Position numbers and translations under genes: made by a program | From: Raillietiella orientalis | Taxonomy: Eukaryota | Direction: 5' to 3' | NCBI GenBank assembly: GCA_036172245.1 | Contig: JAYWIR010000001.1 | Location: 1,550,001 to 1,614,000 of the forward strand | DNA: 64,000 nucleotides | The notes under the pieces: model-generated | What the model saw: the letters and a program-made list of their open reading frames with translations, nothing else | Told to the model about the DNA's origin: nothing | The model's database searches: none | Shown: positions 1-11,909 of the stretch, in pieces | Layout of the letters: the number at the start of each line of letters is the position of its first letter | Position numbering within the stretch: position 1 is the first letter of the stretch

Positions 1-1975
1 GCAACTTTCCTACCATCTATATCAGCAGCCTCCGCTGCCTCCAATCCAGTACATTACATCCAAGCAATTTATTGTGGTTAATGGAGACTTTCACGCAGGA
101 CAAAAGTACATGTTTTGGGTATGATGTAAGCTGCACTGTGGAAAAACATCCATTTCCTCATCCAGGTGGTAGCCTGCAATGAGAAATACACAAGTGATGA
201 TTCAGAGCCTGTTGAATTCGCATTTTTCCCTGACGACATCCTGGAGACTATCATTGATTTGAAAATTCATAATGTAACCAACTCAAGTGCTCAAGTCTCA
301 TGGAAGCCAATACTTACTGCCTGGGAGTACTCACTAAAAGTGCAGGCTAAAAACAACTCATTTGAACCTATCCGAGTATTAAGATGGTTAACTCCTGAAG
401 CTCTTGGTATGGATGCCTGGAGGGAGTTTATCGTTTATATTTGTTTTATTTTTAGTGTCTGACTTATCCCCTGCTACGCATTATCTGTTCACTGTTTCTG
501 CCTGGAAGAAAAACTTTCAAGGGCCACCAGCTAGAATTAGTATTACCACCAAAGGTTAGAAAAACATTTTCAGTGCATTCCTCAACTGTCGTTGATAGGA
601 GAAGCAATTCCAGTGCTGTCAATATCACAATTGTCTTTGCGTATGGGAACCACAGTCTGGATCAGTTGGCAGTATCCAGCAGGTGCCTGGTCATTACCGT
701 GGCAGTTTGGTGTATACTATGGGCGAAACAAGAAGGAATTGTTTCAGACAGGTTTCATGCTTTGCCAAACAGGAAAAAACTCTTTAAGACGCGTAATCAG
801 GTGCTCAAAAGTTGACCAATCAGACATCAGTTGTTGTGGATGGTTTGGATGCTTGTGAGGATTACTTGTTTGCTGTCGCTATTGTGGGACCTGCAGGTTA
901 TGGCCAAGGAAGGCTGGTGCATCAAAGAACAGGACAAGATGAACTTGCACCTCCGAAACATCTAAATGCCACCCTCGTATTCTTAGGACCATCTCACAAT
1001 ATTCCTGCCATAAATCTCACTTGGCAGTCATCTTGCCTAAGGAGTGACACAGAAGATTTGGGATATCAGGTAAGAACAAACATGGATGGAATCCTCGGTC
1101 TTATCCGCAGGGAAGATTCGCTTAGAAGAGAAAACTCTGGGATCTGTATCGTGGACTTATCACGCATCCTCAGAAAGCCTCCCATTACAGCATACTTTGA
1201 CAGTGAGGCGTGGAGGTCGTTACTTGATTCAAGTGCGCACGGACGTTAACGGATCGCGCCTGTCTGCCCCAACCCTTTTCAAAGCACCCTCCTTACCTAC
1301 TCCACATCAGCTCTTTGATTTTGTTTCCAATGATGGCTGGTTTCTGTACTGGAAGAAGCACAGTCTGTCTGATGATCTGGCAAATAGGTGTGTTGGGTTT
1401 CCTTTGCTTGCATTTCCGTAATGCTTTCCCCAGCTCCTACATAGTGTGGAAGTCCCGTGATTCGGAGAATTTCAGTTTGGCAGAAAAGTACAATGTAGAA
1501 TCACCTCCCTACAGGATCCCCAATTCTCGTCAGGGAGAGGTGTTTTATTTAGCAGTCTCCCTTGTAGATGTCTATGGACTTCTCTCTCCACTGTCGGAAG
1601 TTATTTCTGTTGTGGAGCCCACAGGTTGTTGTTATGCGAAATACTGCCTATTGCACGTTTCGGTTCAGCAGAGCAAGTTTTTTATTTGACTTCTGCAAAC
1701 CTAGTCAGCATCCTCACACCAATTGTTTTATTGGCCGTCATACTGACGGTGGCCCTGGTTGCCCTACTGCGTAGCCATCGCCGTCTTCAACATCAGGTTT
1801 CATCATTCAACGCGAGCCGGTACAACAGCCAGTTAGGGAGTGCGACACTGTGCACGTCAGAGGACATAGGTATGAGTTTGCCCGTGGAAGTGTACCGACC
1901 TCCCAATGCATTACAGATAACGAGGATGGTGACCACCAGGGTTTCAGTGATGAGCAGCCTCTAGTGGTTGCCTAG
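1..1975 (+). CDS. SORL1: Sortilin-related receptor (SorLA/LR11)-like, 3' part: FN3 repeats, TM helix, cytoplasmic tail. Exons <2-118, 166-406, 456-554, 599-751, 801-1069, 1116-1387, 1434-1624, 1669-1869, 1917-1975
   Basis: GT-AG introns join in a continuous frame. FN3-like segments (e.g. VSDLSPATHYLFTVSAW, VDGLDACEDYLFAVAIV) are followed by a hydrophobic TM (LVSILTPIVLLAVILTVALVALL). The tail RSHRRLQHQVSSFNASRYNSQLGSATL...GFSDEQPLVVA* matches the vertebrate SorLA tail ([25 protein letters not shown]...GFSDDVPMVIA). The 1115 acceptor (AAG) is chosen by phase and is the least certain. Confidence 0.93.
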
Positions 1976-2092
1976 AAGTAAAGGCGAGAGAGCGCGCCTT
2001 TTCGATCAGGGTTTCACATTATTTAACAATCGTCCAAATACACATTCCAGAGTTTGCCCCGTAGTACATGTATTCATTATTTAATCTCAGTA

Positions 2093-2098
2093 AATAAA
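2093..2098 (+). promoter_or_regulatory. Putative polyadenylation signal of the SORL1-like gene
   Basis: AATAAA about 120 nt after the TAG stop at 1973-1975. Confidence 0.6.
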
Positions 2099-3149
2099 AG
2101 GAACTCACTCGCAATCATGATAATTGATGATTGCCTGCGTATGTGATTTGAGGGAACGAACAGGTCTCGCGGTGCGTGGGCGCTTCGCTCTCGGGTGGGT
2201 GGACAGCGACCAAGGTGGATGTGAAGTGGGAGTAAGACATGAGCCGGACCACCACGTGATCGGTTCACCGGCTGGGATCCGCAGGGAAACCTGCGTGGTC
2301 GAGTCGGAGCGAAACTTTGAAAACCGTTTTACCCGTCGGCGTCCAAGTTGGGAATGCAGTCCTTGCCGGAGGAATGACTTTTTCCTCCCCCATTCGGCGG
2401 GAGGTGGTCACCGATTCGGGATCGGAGCCATTTCCGCTCAAGGCGGTTCGCTTCTCGCCGGCGGTCCGTGGTGATGACCAGAGCTAAAAAGATTCGTGCA
2501 CGCGTGGAGATCGTCTGCCAAAATACGCGCCTTCCCCGAAATCCTTGCAGTTGGTTTGTGTGCGGCGGCTTCGGGCAGTTTCCGGAACTGAAGTGTCACG
2601 TCACCCATCATGCTGACTTGGTGACCGTCTGTTTGCCACGGAATGGAGGACGAAAAACGTGTTTCCGAGCACTTTCTTACATGCAGTCGGTGGCGTAACC
2701 ACCGTTGCCCGCGCTCGCCGGGTTCTGGCGCCAGCGCGAGGGTTGTGAGAGGAAAGAAAGGAAAACATCTTATAGGGGGAGTAAAAAATAGTGGTCACTC
2801 TTCCTGATCCTTCATTGCATTCTAGAAAGTGAAAACTTAAAAGCCAAGGCGGTTTTTAACTGAAATAAAAAAATACTGAACGCTGAAAGATTTGGCACGT
2901 AGGAGTCCTCTCTGCGCGAAATCATTGGGGCTTATCTTCGCAGCCCGAGGAAGCAGGCAGCATGAGCTCCCTCAGGTCTCCTCTCATTTCCCCAAAATCA
3001 GTCCCATGCGACTGCATTTCGGTCTTCAATTTTTTCCGCCGCATCCGAGGTTCACTTCTACAAAGTAGGTCGCACTCCGCGAGCTCCATCTATCTGAACA
3101 AAGACTTGGGTGTAGGGACGTTCAGGAAATCACACTGCGCTCGAGGATG

Positions 3150-4000
3150 TTTCGCGGGGTGCTTGGTCTGCCTAGCCAGAAAGCAAACTCAACGTGTTAC
3201 GCACAACATGTGAAACAGATCATTTGCCCTTGAGCGCTCGAGCACGCAAAGCAGACCTGAAGAAGGATTGGGGATACTGATTCCGCGGACCACCCTTTTT
3301 TCGGATTTCCCTCTGCAGCCACGCGCCGTTGTTTCACATTCAAGGTGCCAAAGGGCATTCCCTACGGTCCACGATGTGTGATGTACTCCGTTGTTACACG
3401 GACAGCGGTGTGCAACTTAATGAGGCCGACTGTGGGTCATTATGACTATTTTATTTTTGATGGCCTCCGAGAAGACAAAACGCAAGGAACCGTTATTGTC
3501 GGAGGCGATCTTAAGTATGCTCCATGAGACCCGTTTCACCATTTCGGCGTTCGACCTGATTGCGGAGGAGCGAGTGCCCGTTTTCGTGCAAGGATGGGGT
3601 GGAATGCCGGTAGATGGTTTCGATGCAGCACAGCTCTTCTTGCTTTCGCTTTGTCGACGTCTCATCTGGAGCCGGGTCGGAAGGGAAGATGCCAGGTGGG
3701 GGGCGGGGGGGTGAAAAGGGAGCGTTGCACGTGTTCCTGGATTTCGCTGTCGGCGCAGCTCTTCACAGCGCGACAACCAGCCCAGTGCTGGACTGGCTCC
3801 GACCCAACGCTCGACTGATTCCCAAGTGTGGCAGTGCTACCGTGGTTTCAGCATTCGCTGCTCCACACCCACCTCGTGATATGTAATCGGGAGACCCCAC
3901 AGGCTCTCCAGGTCTCTCTCTGAAAATGGGAGCGAGAAATACTTTCTGGATCTTTATTGACTCGTGAATGCTGGATCCGATTCGTTGCGTGGTTACCACG
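3150..4000 (+). mobile_element. Decayed L1/Tx1-type LINE, AP-endonuclease region
   Basis: Motifs occur in the expected order across frameshifts: GLGIL (3265-3279), CNLMRPT (like NIYAPT) and TVIVGGDLK (3492-3515, like IIGGDFN). Confidence 0.55.
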
Positions 4001-4127
4001 CGTTGCTGGAAGACTGATTCGGAGAAATGTCAATTGGCAGTGGCTTGGGAATGCGGTATTCTCAATTGCTTGTGTTCTCCGTCAGGCCATGCCAAGAAGG
4101 GGCGGGGCGGGTGACCAAAATGTTTTA

Positions 4128-7100
4128 TCACCAGACAGCACACTTCTTTATAGGATTCATTGGTCCATCTATTGGACAGTTGAAGTCAGCAGCAAACTGG
4201 TAATTGTTCGCCGCCGGCAGATGCACACGGAGGCGGCCCAGAGTGTGTCCGTCGGTGAGAGTTATGGTCTTCAGCTTCGCGGGTGTATAGACCGCGCACC
4301 ACATGTTGGCAAAAGCAAGCCAGAACAGTTGCCTCGGGTTGAACTGTGTCAAGCCAGGCAACCGTTGTTCTTCTCCGTGTTCTTTGACCCATTGCAGGTA
4401 TGCGCCGTATGCGAGTTTGACTCCTCCGTTGTCGGCGATGTTTTCGCCAGGCGTTTGTGATGCCTGAAACCAGAAGCGGTTGCAGATTTTTGTTTCGAAA
4501 ACTGATGTTTTCTTGGAGCACAACGAAGAACGCGTGGGAAGGCGCCGATGAGGAAGTGAACACCACCACACGGCACGCAGCAGCAAGAGGAACAAGGATT
4601 CAGGTTTAGCGCGCTCACAGTGAGTGCTGCTCCTTAGGGCCTCGCTTTCGAGTGCTTTCAGCAAAAGGAAGGAAACGTTTCTGCTCTGGACTGGAGATTC
4701 TTGAAAGATCGTCCATGAGGCTGTACCCAAAGTGCTAAATGTGGTACCCCCGTAACCGAAGGTCAAGTAAATTACGTTCCTTTCGCGCAGGTTGCCAAAG
4801 CTTACGGCCTTAGTTCAAATGAGCGTTGTTTCACTTCGACAAGCATTCAAAGGGAGAAATTATCTAAAAAAAACACCCATGTAAAACCTGTGAATAAACA
4901 GGACCTTTAGCTGACATACAGGCGGAACAGAAAATTAGGATACAGATGCTGGCACGCGAAGGCGCTTCTACTGCAAAGTCTCCAAGCGCTATCACGCCGT
5001 GCTTGGGGTCATAGAGGATGGTTCAGAATGGAATCACTGGTCCACACTCTTACCGGTTCACCCTCTACCTGCTGAAGATCAAAAAAATTCTGACATTTGG
5101 CGCCCAAGATCTCATGCGCCGCCAACGGAAGGCAACAACACTCTTTCTCGCTCTTTGGAGCTCACGATTGACTAGGTCAGGGTATTCCTCCCACTTAAAG
5201 GCAGATCACACGAGTCATCCCATACGCCCAAATGCGTGACCGGAATCCCAGTACCTGACTGGGATTCTTCAGGAGGGAAATCAATGGAACAGGAAGAAAG
5301 AACGGTGTGGGAGTAGGCAGAGCTAGAAGACGAGAGCAGCACGAAGTGCCGGATGCGAAAAGCGGCTTGCAGTATCTCAATGCGGCCTGTGGTCCATACC
5401 GTTGTGTTGGACGGATTTCCGTACTGATCCACGAAACACTGAGCACGGCTAATGAACCTGTGGTCAGTGATGGGCTCCCACCAATCCATCAGGTTCCCAG
5501 ATGCGTCAAACTGTCTTCCCTTGGAGGGAGCAGGCGGCAGCTTTGAGACCCACAGTTAGCCGCCTTACTTACTTGGTCGTCGAAGCCGTGAGTTATTTCG
5601 TGCCCGATCACGAAGCCCAGAGAGCCGTAATTCAGATACCTCGGTCTGTTGAGGTCGAAAATGGCCCCCTGAAGAATCCCAGCGGGTATTTCTGCGAGAA
5701 AAGCAATCAGCAAAGAGAAGAGCCAGGGCGGACTCTTTTACGTATGCTGTTTTCCTGGGGGTTGTAAAATGCGTTCACAACCGCAGCGTTTCCATGATCA
5801 ACCCAGTCGTCGGGTAAGATCCTGTGCCTGAATCTCCTCAGTGTCAGCTGCCACCAGAACTTGCCTACGGTTATGCGGTTTTGCCAGTAATCTTTCGACG
5901 TCAGCTCAAGCTTGGGTGGTACAGGCTCTCAAGACCAATTTGTATTCATTTCCCGCCCTTTACCTTGTCATACAAAGAGTCCAGAGCGTCATCGTCAAGA
6001 AGCTTGTCCGGGTAGGCTATGTACTGCTTCATCGCCAATGATTTTTCATTTGCGCGCTTCCTGGAGCACAAGATTTCATTTTTTATTTTTTTTTTTAAAT
6101 GGATAAAAAAGAAAATCTCAAACAGGATGGAAAGAGGAACAAGCAAACAGCGTTCCGACATCCGCGAGCGAGATGATCACTGAGATCTGCCATCCGGCCT
6201 GGGCAGCATGCATGCCGTTTTGTGGGAAAAGTGTGAATCCTGGAGCAGTGACATAATCGGCCATCGCCGCTGCTGCAGCTTGGCAGCGATCGCACGAAGC
6301 GGTCACCTGAGCTGCGCGCCGCCTGCTTCCGGAAGCGAACGCTCGTTTCGCTTCCGGTGGAGCGTCGCGAAGCAAACTGGTCGCGGCGCAAGCGCGAAAT
6401 GTGGGCGGGAGAGGATCAACGACACCAGCTTCATTTCATCTTGCAATCATCTGTCTACCATCGCAGATACCACCATGACCCATCAGTGCTACCATCCATC
6501 AACAATAGCAAAATGACCATGACGACCAACTCTCCGAATATCATTTCCCCTTTCGACCCTTTCACCCATAGTGACTTATCTTACTCACTCCATATCCTAC
6601 ATGACTCTTACCATCAGTACTCGGACTTGTTTTTATCCCAACCACTGGCGAAAATCCCCATGCACAAACCACTCTTTCGAACAAGATTCCCACTGCCCTA
6701 TTTTTGAATCTCATCCTTATTAAGACTCGCTCCACATACTTCCCCATCATCTTTCCAACTCTTTATATCTCTCTCCCTAATCATCTCACCATGAATCTCT
6801 ACTATCTACAGCTCTTCTGCATCATGAATGTCTAACCTCTGTTCTCTACAGCTCTTCTCCACCTACCACAGGACCTTCACGAAGGAACCCCAATCGCCCT
6901 TCGCTCCAGCCTTGGAAACCACAGGGCCAAAGGATGCTTCTTGCCAGCGCAGTCGGAAGTACGCTCCCGAGCTCCTTGACGGCCCAAAACAAAGGTCCTG
7001 TGGTCCACGGACAGCATGCTGTCGAGTTTAAAGATTTATAAATTTGGTTTATGCCCTGCGAATGGGTTGAGAGAGAAGTCAGCCCCGCTGCGCCCGTTGT

Positions 7101-10100
7101 TTATTACCAGGCAAATTCTTTTGGGATAGTTACGAAAGCTCGGGCACTCTTCAGCGAGTTGGTAATCTCGAAAGCCTCCCTCAGCGAGGGTGGCCTTCGA
7201 GATTCGCAGCATCCATGAGATGTAGAAAACCACCAATGGGCGCCTAGCATTTCCTTCCTGCTTTCAGGCGAAATCCTGCACCAAGAGCGGCGATGCAAGG
7301 GAACCCATGAGGTGGACGAGATCCAGACTCCAAGATGGGTCCAGAGGAAGTCCTTGAATAGGCATGCCGCGAGCTTCCTGAGTTATGAGGTACTCGCGAT
7401 GAGTACACTGATCCAGCGGAATCTCTACATCGAGGTTGGTTCCTATTCGATCCGGAAGCGTCCGCGCCCCTCTATTTTTTTTTTCTTTTCCTCAACGAAA
7501 GCAGAGGAAACCAAGAGGGTTAAAAGGGACAGGAGAGTCGGCAAAACCACAGGGGCCAACGAGAGCTCCAGCAGTGTGGGCGGCTCTCCCTTTCCCAAAT
7601 GCGCGCGGCACGCTCGCGGAAATCCTGCGTGAACGGAATTTGAATTTGACCTTAAAGGAGCCGAAACATATGTATGTTGAACTACATATTCAATATGTAG
7701 TTTATTATTTAATATACATAATCAGTATACAAATTTATTTCACCATACGTATTTATAATTATTAAAAACACACATATTATTGATAATATTATTTTAACAC
7801 GCACATATATAAGCATTAATTGACGCGCATATTGTATACCCAATTTATGTTTATTATATGCATTAATATATATTTATGCATATAATAAACACATGTATGA
7901 AATGGACATGTAAGTGTCGAGTTGTAAAAAATAAAAAAATAATGCTCATCATTGAAAAGGGTGGGAAAGAATAAAAAACGCAAACAAATTAAAAAAAACA
8001 AAAAAAGGCAAAAAAGGAAATTTGGCATCTCAGTTTCCTGTCATTTCCAGCACTCCGCAAACGTCTGCAACTGTGACGAACGCGATTTTCGCCATTTCGA
8101 TCGTTTGATAAACATATGTTTATAATTTGACATTTACGTATTCATTTCACATGTACTTACTATATATATAATTATATATGATAAACGCATATATTTTCTA
8201 TAATCCTTAATATATAACTGTGCATATTATTGATTCCATTCATTAAAAATATGTACGTTGAAATAAATTCGTATATGAATATATAGATTAATATACATGA
8301 CAAGCATATATATTTATTTTTTACAATCTTTATAATGTGTATTAATGTATACGTTAATCCATGTATAAATTCCTGCATTCACATGCATAATAAGCCTATG
8401 TATTTTTGAGATCTTTCGGGATTTCGGTAGGCACCGACCAAAGGGATTGTCAGGAAGTTTCCCATCTCTGGAATAGACAGCTGGATACAGAAAGGAAGGA
8501 AAAACCTCCAGGAATTTCACACCACTGGGAAGGATGAGAGATCAAAGGAAGAGTCCCCTTTGGTTTAAGGAATTCCTCTGCTTCCGTTTTCGAGAAGAGC
8601 GAAGTTCACTGCAAGAAGCGGGAAAGTCCCAAGCTGAGGAGTCAAGAAGGAAGGTAAGGAGAATCTGTCTCAGGGCCAGGAAGCAACAGAAAACGGAAAC
8701 AGGAAGGATACAAAAGGTTTCGAGAGCGCCGTCGTGAAAGAAAGGCAGCGCACCTCGAACGAAATACTTCCGGTCGTTGCGCAACACTCTAGAAGTCAAT
8801 GCTGAACTTCCTCCGGGTGGCTCCCGTGCATACCCGTTGGGGGTCTCAGCTGTTGGCGGCGCATTGAGCAAGAGGAGCAACGCGAACCCCGTCCGACTCT
8901 GGAACTTGCCTTGTGACGTCGTCCATCCAATCCGCCTTCTTCAGCATCTGGTTGAACTCCTTGCGGATGTAGCTGACCATCTCGGAAACCTCCTCTTTCG
9001 TGGAATTCTGGAAATGCTTCCTGACGTACAGCGCTGCAGCCACGTGAGTCATGCTGAGGAAAGAGGGCGGGAACGTCTTGTCTCGGGTGCTCGAAGAGGA
9101 GGAACGCCCTGTGGCGTCCGGAGGCGCGCTCACTATTTGCTGCTGACGGACACGCACTCCTTCCAGCGGGGTCTTTCCACCGCCTGCCCCGTGAGCGCCA
9201 TGAAGAACTTCTGGTTCAGGTTGCGGGAGTTCTGGCTGAACATCCTCGCGGAATTCTGCACCGTGCGCCACGCGAAGTAATTGACCAGCAGTCTGCTCCC
9301 CCGCCGGAAGAAGAGCTCCCTCTTGGTAAGGGGGAGCACCGCCTCACCTGTTTTCGGTCCGCGAGAAAATTGAGCTCAGCTTGCTGAAGTACGAAGGCGT
9401 GACGACCACGACTTCCTCCTCCTCGGTGACCTTGTGCTCCGGGTGAAGCTTCCAGTTGATGGCCTGGAGCCACGATATGCCCTTGAAGCGGTCCTGCATC
9501 TCCCTGATCGTCATCTTGTTGTAGATTTGCGAGAGGTTGCGCCGTTGGTCCAGGATCACGTGGATCTGTGCTCCCTCGTTACCATGGCCGAGAGGACCCG
9601 CCCATCCCGTCTCCCGGTCTCACCTTGGCCAGTTCGATCTCGAACTCGAGTACCTGCCGCATCTGCACCTCCGCCCTCTCCTTCTGCGCCCCCAGCAGCA
9701 CCGCGAAGTCGACCATGAACCGGTAGTAGCTGGCAACGCTCTCTTCGGAGAGTCCCCTGACCAGGTACTTCTGCGTCAGTCCGAGGTGCGGCTGGTCGAT
9801 CTGGAAGGAGGCAATTCTTTCCTCAGTGACGGCCGCAACCCCCTCAAGCGACGCAGTCAGCGCCGGAGACCTGGGCATGTGAGGGCACTGGAGACTACGC
9901 GACGGCACCGGTCGTCGCGGTTTCGAATCCCTCCCGGGGAGGTGTCGACGCCCACAAACTGAGGATCAGGCGTGGGTTTCGAGTCACCTCTCCCCTTTCC
10001 CCCGCCTCCCTTGCGCTCCCGCGATGACGCGGATGCGGCGGCGCTAGTGGAAGCCGGGTACCCCCTTCGACCGGCCAGGATTGGAAAAGTTTACCCATCT

Positions 10101-11909
10101 GGGTCCTCCCAGGAACCGAGGAACCCATCGGCTTCCCCCTCCGGCTGTGAGGATGGAGCTGGTTGATACCCCCCTCGGTGTTGAGAAGTGTGCTGCCCCC
10201 TTCGGAGGAGGAAACCAAGAAGCAGTTCCTTTGCTGATGGGTTCCCTCCGGAGAGAAGGAAGAGTGGCTCCCTTAAGGATTCCCTTCGGAGAAAACAAGG
10301 GCGAGGGTTCCCACTTGATGTCCCCCTCCAAAGCGTAAGAGGAACGCGATACTTCCTCCAGGACCTTCCTGGATTCCATAGGGTGGTCCCTCCGGAGTCC
10401 TTCCAGGAATCAAGGACACCTTCGGGTCCTTGATTCCTGCAGTTGTGAAAATGGATCCGTCTCATCCCTCGGGGGAGAAAGGGAGGACCTCCATCATGTT
10501 CCATGGAGCTGGTTGATGACCTCTCGGGGGTCGTATCTCCAGAGTTCCAGAAGCGCGCTGCCCCGTTCGGAGAGAGCCCTCCAGAGAAGGAAACAAAGAG
10601 CTTGCGGGTGCCCTCCGGAGAAGACCCCGAAAGATAAGAGTGGGCAAGAACATGGAGGCGCGCTCGTGACCTGGAGGAAGTCGACGTGTCGGGTATCTTC
10701 CTCGCTTCCTGGAGGCTTCCCGTCAAGTCAGGTGACCCTCATCCTACCCCGCGCGCAGCGCATCAGCTCCAGTTCGAACTTCCCGGGAGGCGTCAGCGGG
10801 AATGGGAGCGAGGCAGTCAGGGCCGGCCGTGTTTGACGACGGCGCACGCCCACCAAGCCGACTCTACGAGTCGTCGCCTCGGGAGTAGAGGTCGGCTCCC
10901 CCTTTCCCCTGTGATCCTCGTCCGTTCTTCATGGGTCGCCTCCTTGCGTTCCGGCCACCTTTGCTTGCTGCAGACCACGGACCAATCCGTGCCACCCCGC
11001 GCACCACGTCGTCCGGGGCTGCTGTCTTCGCCCACCGCCGCGCCTGCGCCGTTACCTCGATGGCCCTCCAGGAAGAGTTCTGGGCGTCGGGCACGATGGA
11101 CAGCTTCCAAAGCAGGTTGTCGCTGAGCCCGAGCTGGTGGAGCTTCTTCAGGACGCCGTGCCACTTGAGCCGCGGCTTCCAGGACTCCTCAAGAACCGGC
11201 CACCCTCCGATCTCTTCCAGCCAGCGCTTCAGTGGGTTTATCCCGTTTCTTTCGATCCTCTCTGGAAGGGGAAGGAGGGTCGTGGAGGGGGAAGGGGAAG
11301 AGGGGGAGGGGCTCGAAGACGGCCCACAGAAGGTCCCCCTCCCGAAGGGCGGGTACTCCTCACCGAGGTCCATGCAGCTCCGATAGAGGTTCTTGTAGTT
11401 GAGCAGGTACCTCCGGTCGGTTTCCCTGGCCGGTTCTTCGAGCATCGCCCGCAGCTGCTGGTCCAGGTCGTTCTCGAGGATGGAGAACTGGTTGATGATG
11501 GCCTTGTCCTCGGGCAGGATGGTGCTGTCGATGAACCCCCCGCAGGCGAAGCTGTACAGGTCCTGGCAGGGGTGCACGGACTGGTCCATGCTCTGCAGCA
11601 AGGAGGCGGCTGGAACGCAAGAGGACGACCAGTAAAGAACGGACGAGGGGGAGGGGGGAGCCAGTCTCCACCCCCGAGGCGGTGACACGGAGGGTCGACT
11701 TGGTGGGCCAACGCGAAGGCCGGGAGTGGCCTGTCACCCTTTCCCGACCACCCTTCTCCTCCCCTCCGATGCCTCTCACCTGATTTCGTGCACGTCTCGG
11801 TGACGCAGATGCCGGAGGTCCCATTGATCCTATCCTTTTGGCATCTCCCAGGGGTAGGAGCGAAGCTGCAAGCCATCGCACAGAGCAGCGGGAGCCACCA
11901 GCGCCACAT
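4128..11909 (-). CDS. Neprilysin-like M13 zinc metallopeptidase, 12 exons: 11909-11780, 11609-11364, 11261-11056, 9800-9624, 9565-9348, 9292-9134, 9053-8910, 6060-5964, 5910-5742, 5691-5573, 5519-5400, 4463-4128 (2121 nt, 706 aa + stop)
   Basis: All exons join in phase. Family motifs are present: C-x4-C then [55 protein letters not shown], the zinc motif HEITH ([16 protein letters not shown]), the third-ligand motif GENIAD, DGH..RLRV, and C-terminal FNCP..PMNP..KCAVW*. Confidence 0.93.
6420..6880. repeat. G-poor, C/A/T-rich low-complexity tract with degenerate tandem units (in neprilysin intron)
   Basis: Strong strand asymmetry, with recurring units such as atgaat.tct...tctacagctcttct at about 6790-6860. 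Confidence 0.5.
6950..7440 (-). mobile_element. Decayed L1/Tx1-type LINE, reverse-transcriptase fragment
   Basis: Minus-strand translations give [14 protein letters not shown] (like NWRPISLL..K.LA) followed by [15 protein letters not shown] (like V.NNG..S..F.L). Confidence 0.5.
7620..8430 (+). mobile_element. AT-rich non-autonomous DNA element (MITE-like), copy A
   Basis: The core at 7915-8130 (gagttgtaaaaa...gtcatttccagcact...tttataatttgacattta) matches 28745-28960. It ends in gatctttcgggatttcgg like copies B and C. Confidence 0.65.
9910..10720 (+). mobile_element. tRNA-B-box-headed SINE-like repeat, copy 1 (in neprilysin intron), with internal duplicated module
   Basis: GGTTTCGAATCC at 9919-9930 and a second B-box-like GGGTTTCGAGTC at 9974-9985. 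The body (gagctggttgat..., gaagcgcgctgc..., ccaggaatcaagga) is shared with the other copies. Confidence 0.65.
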
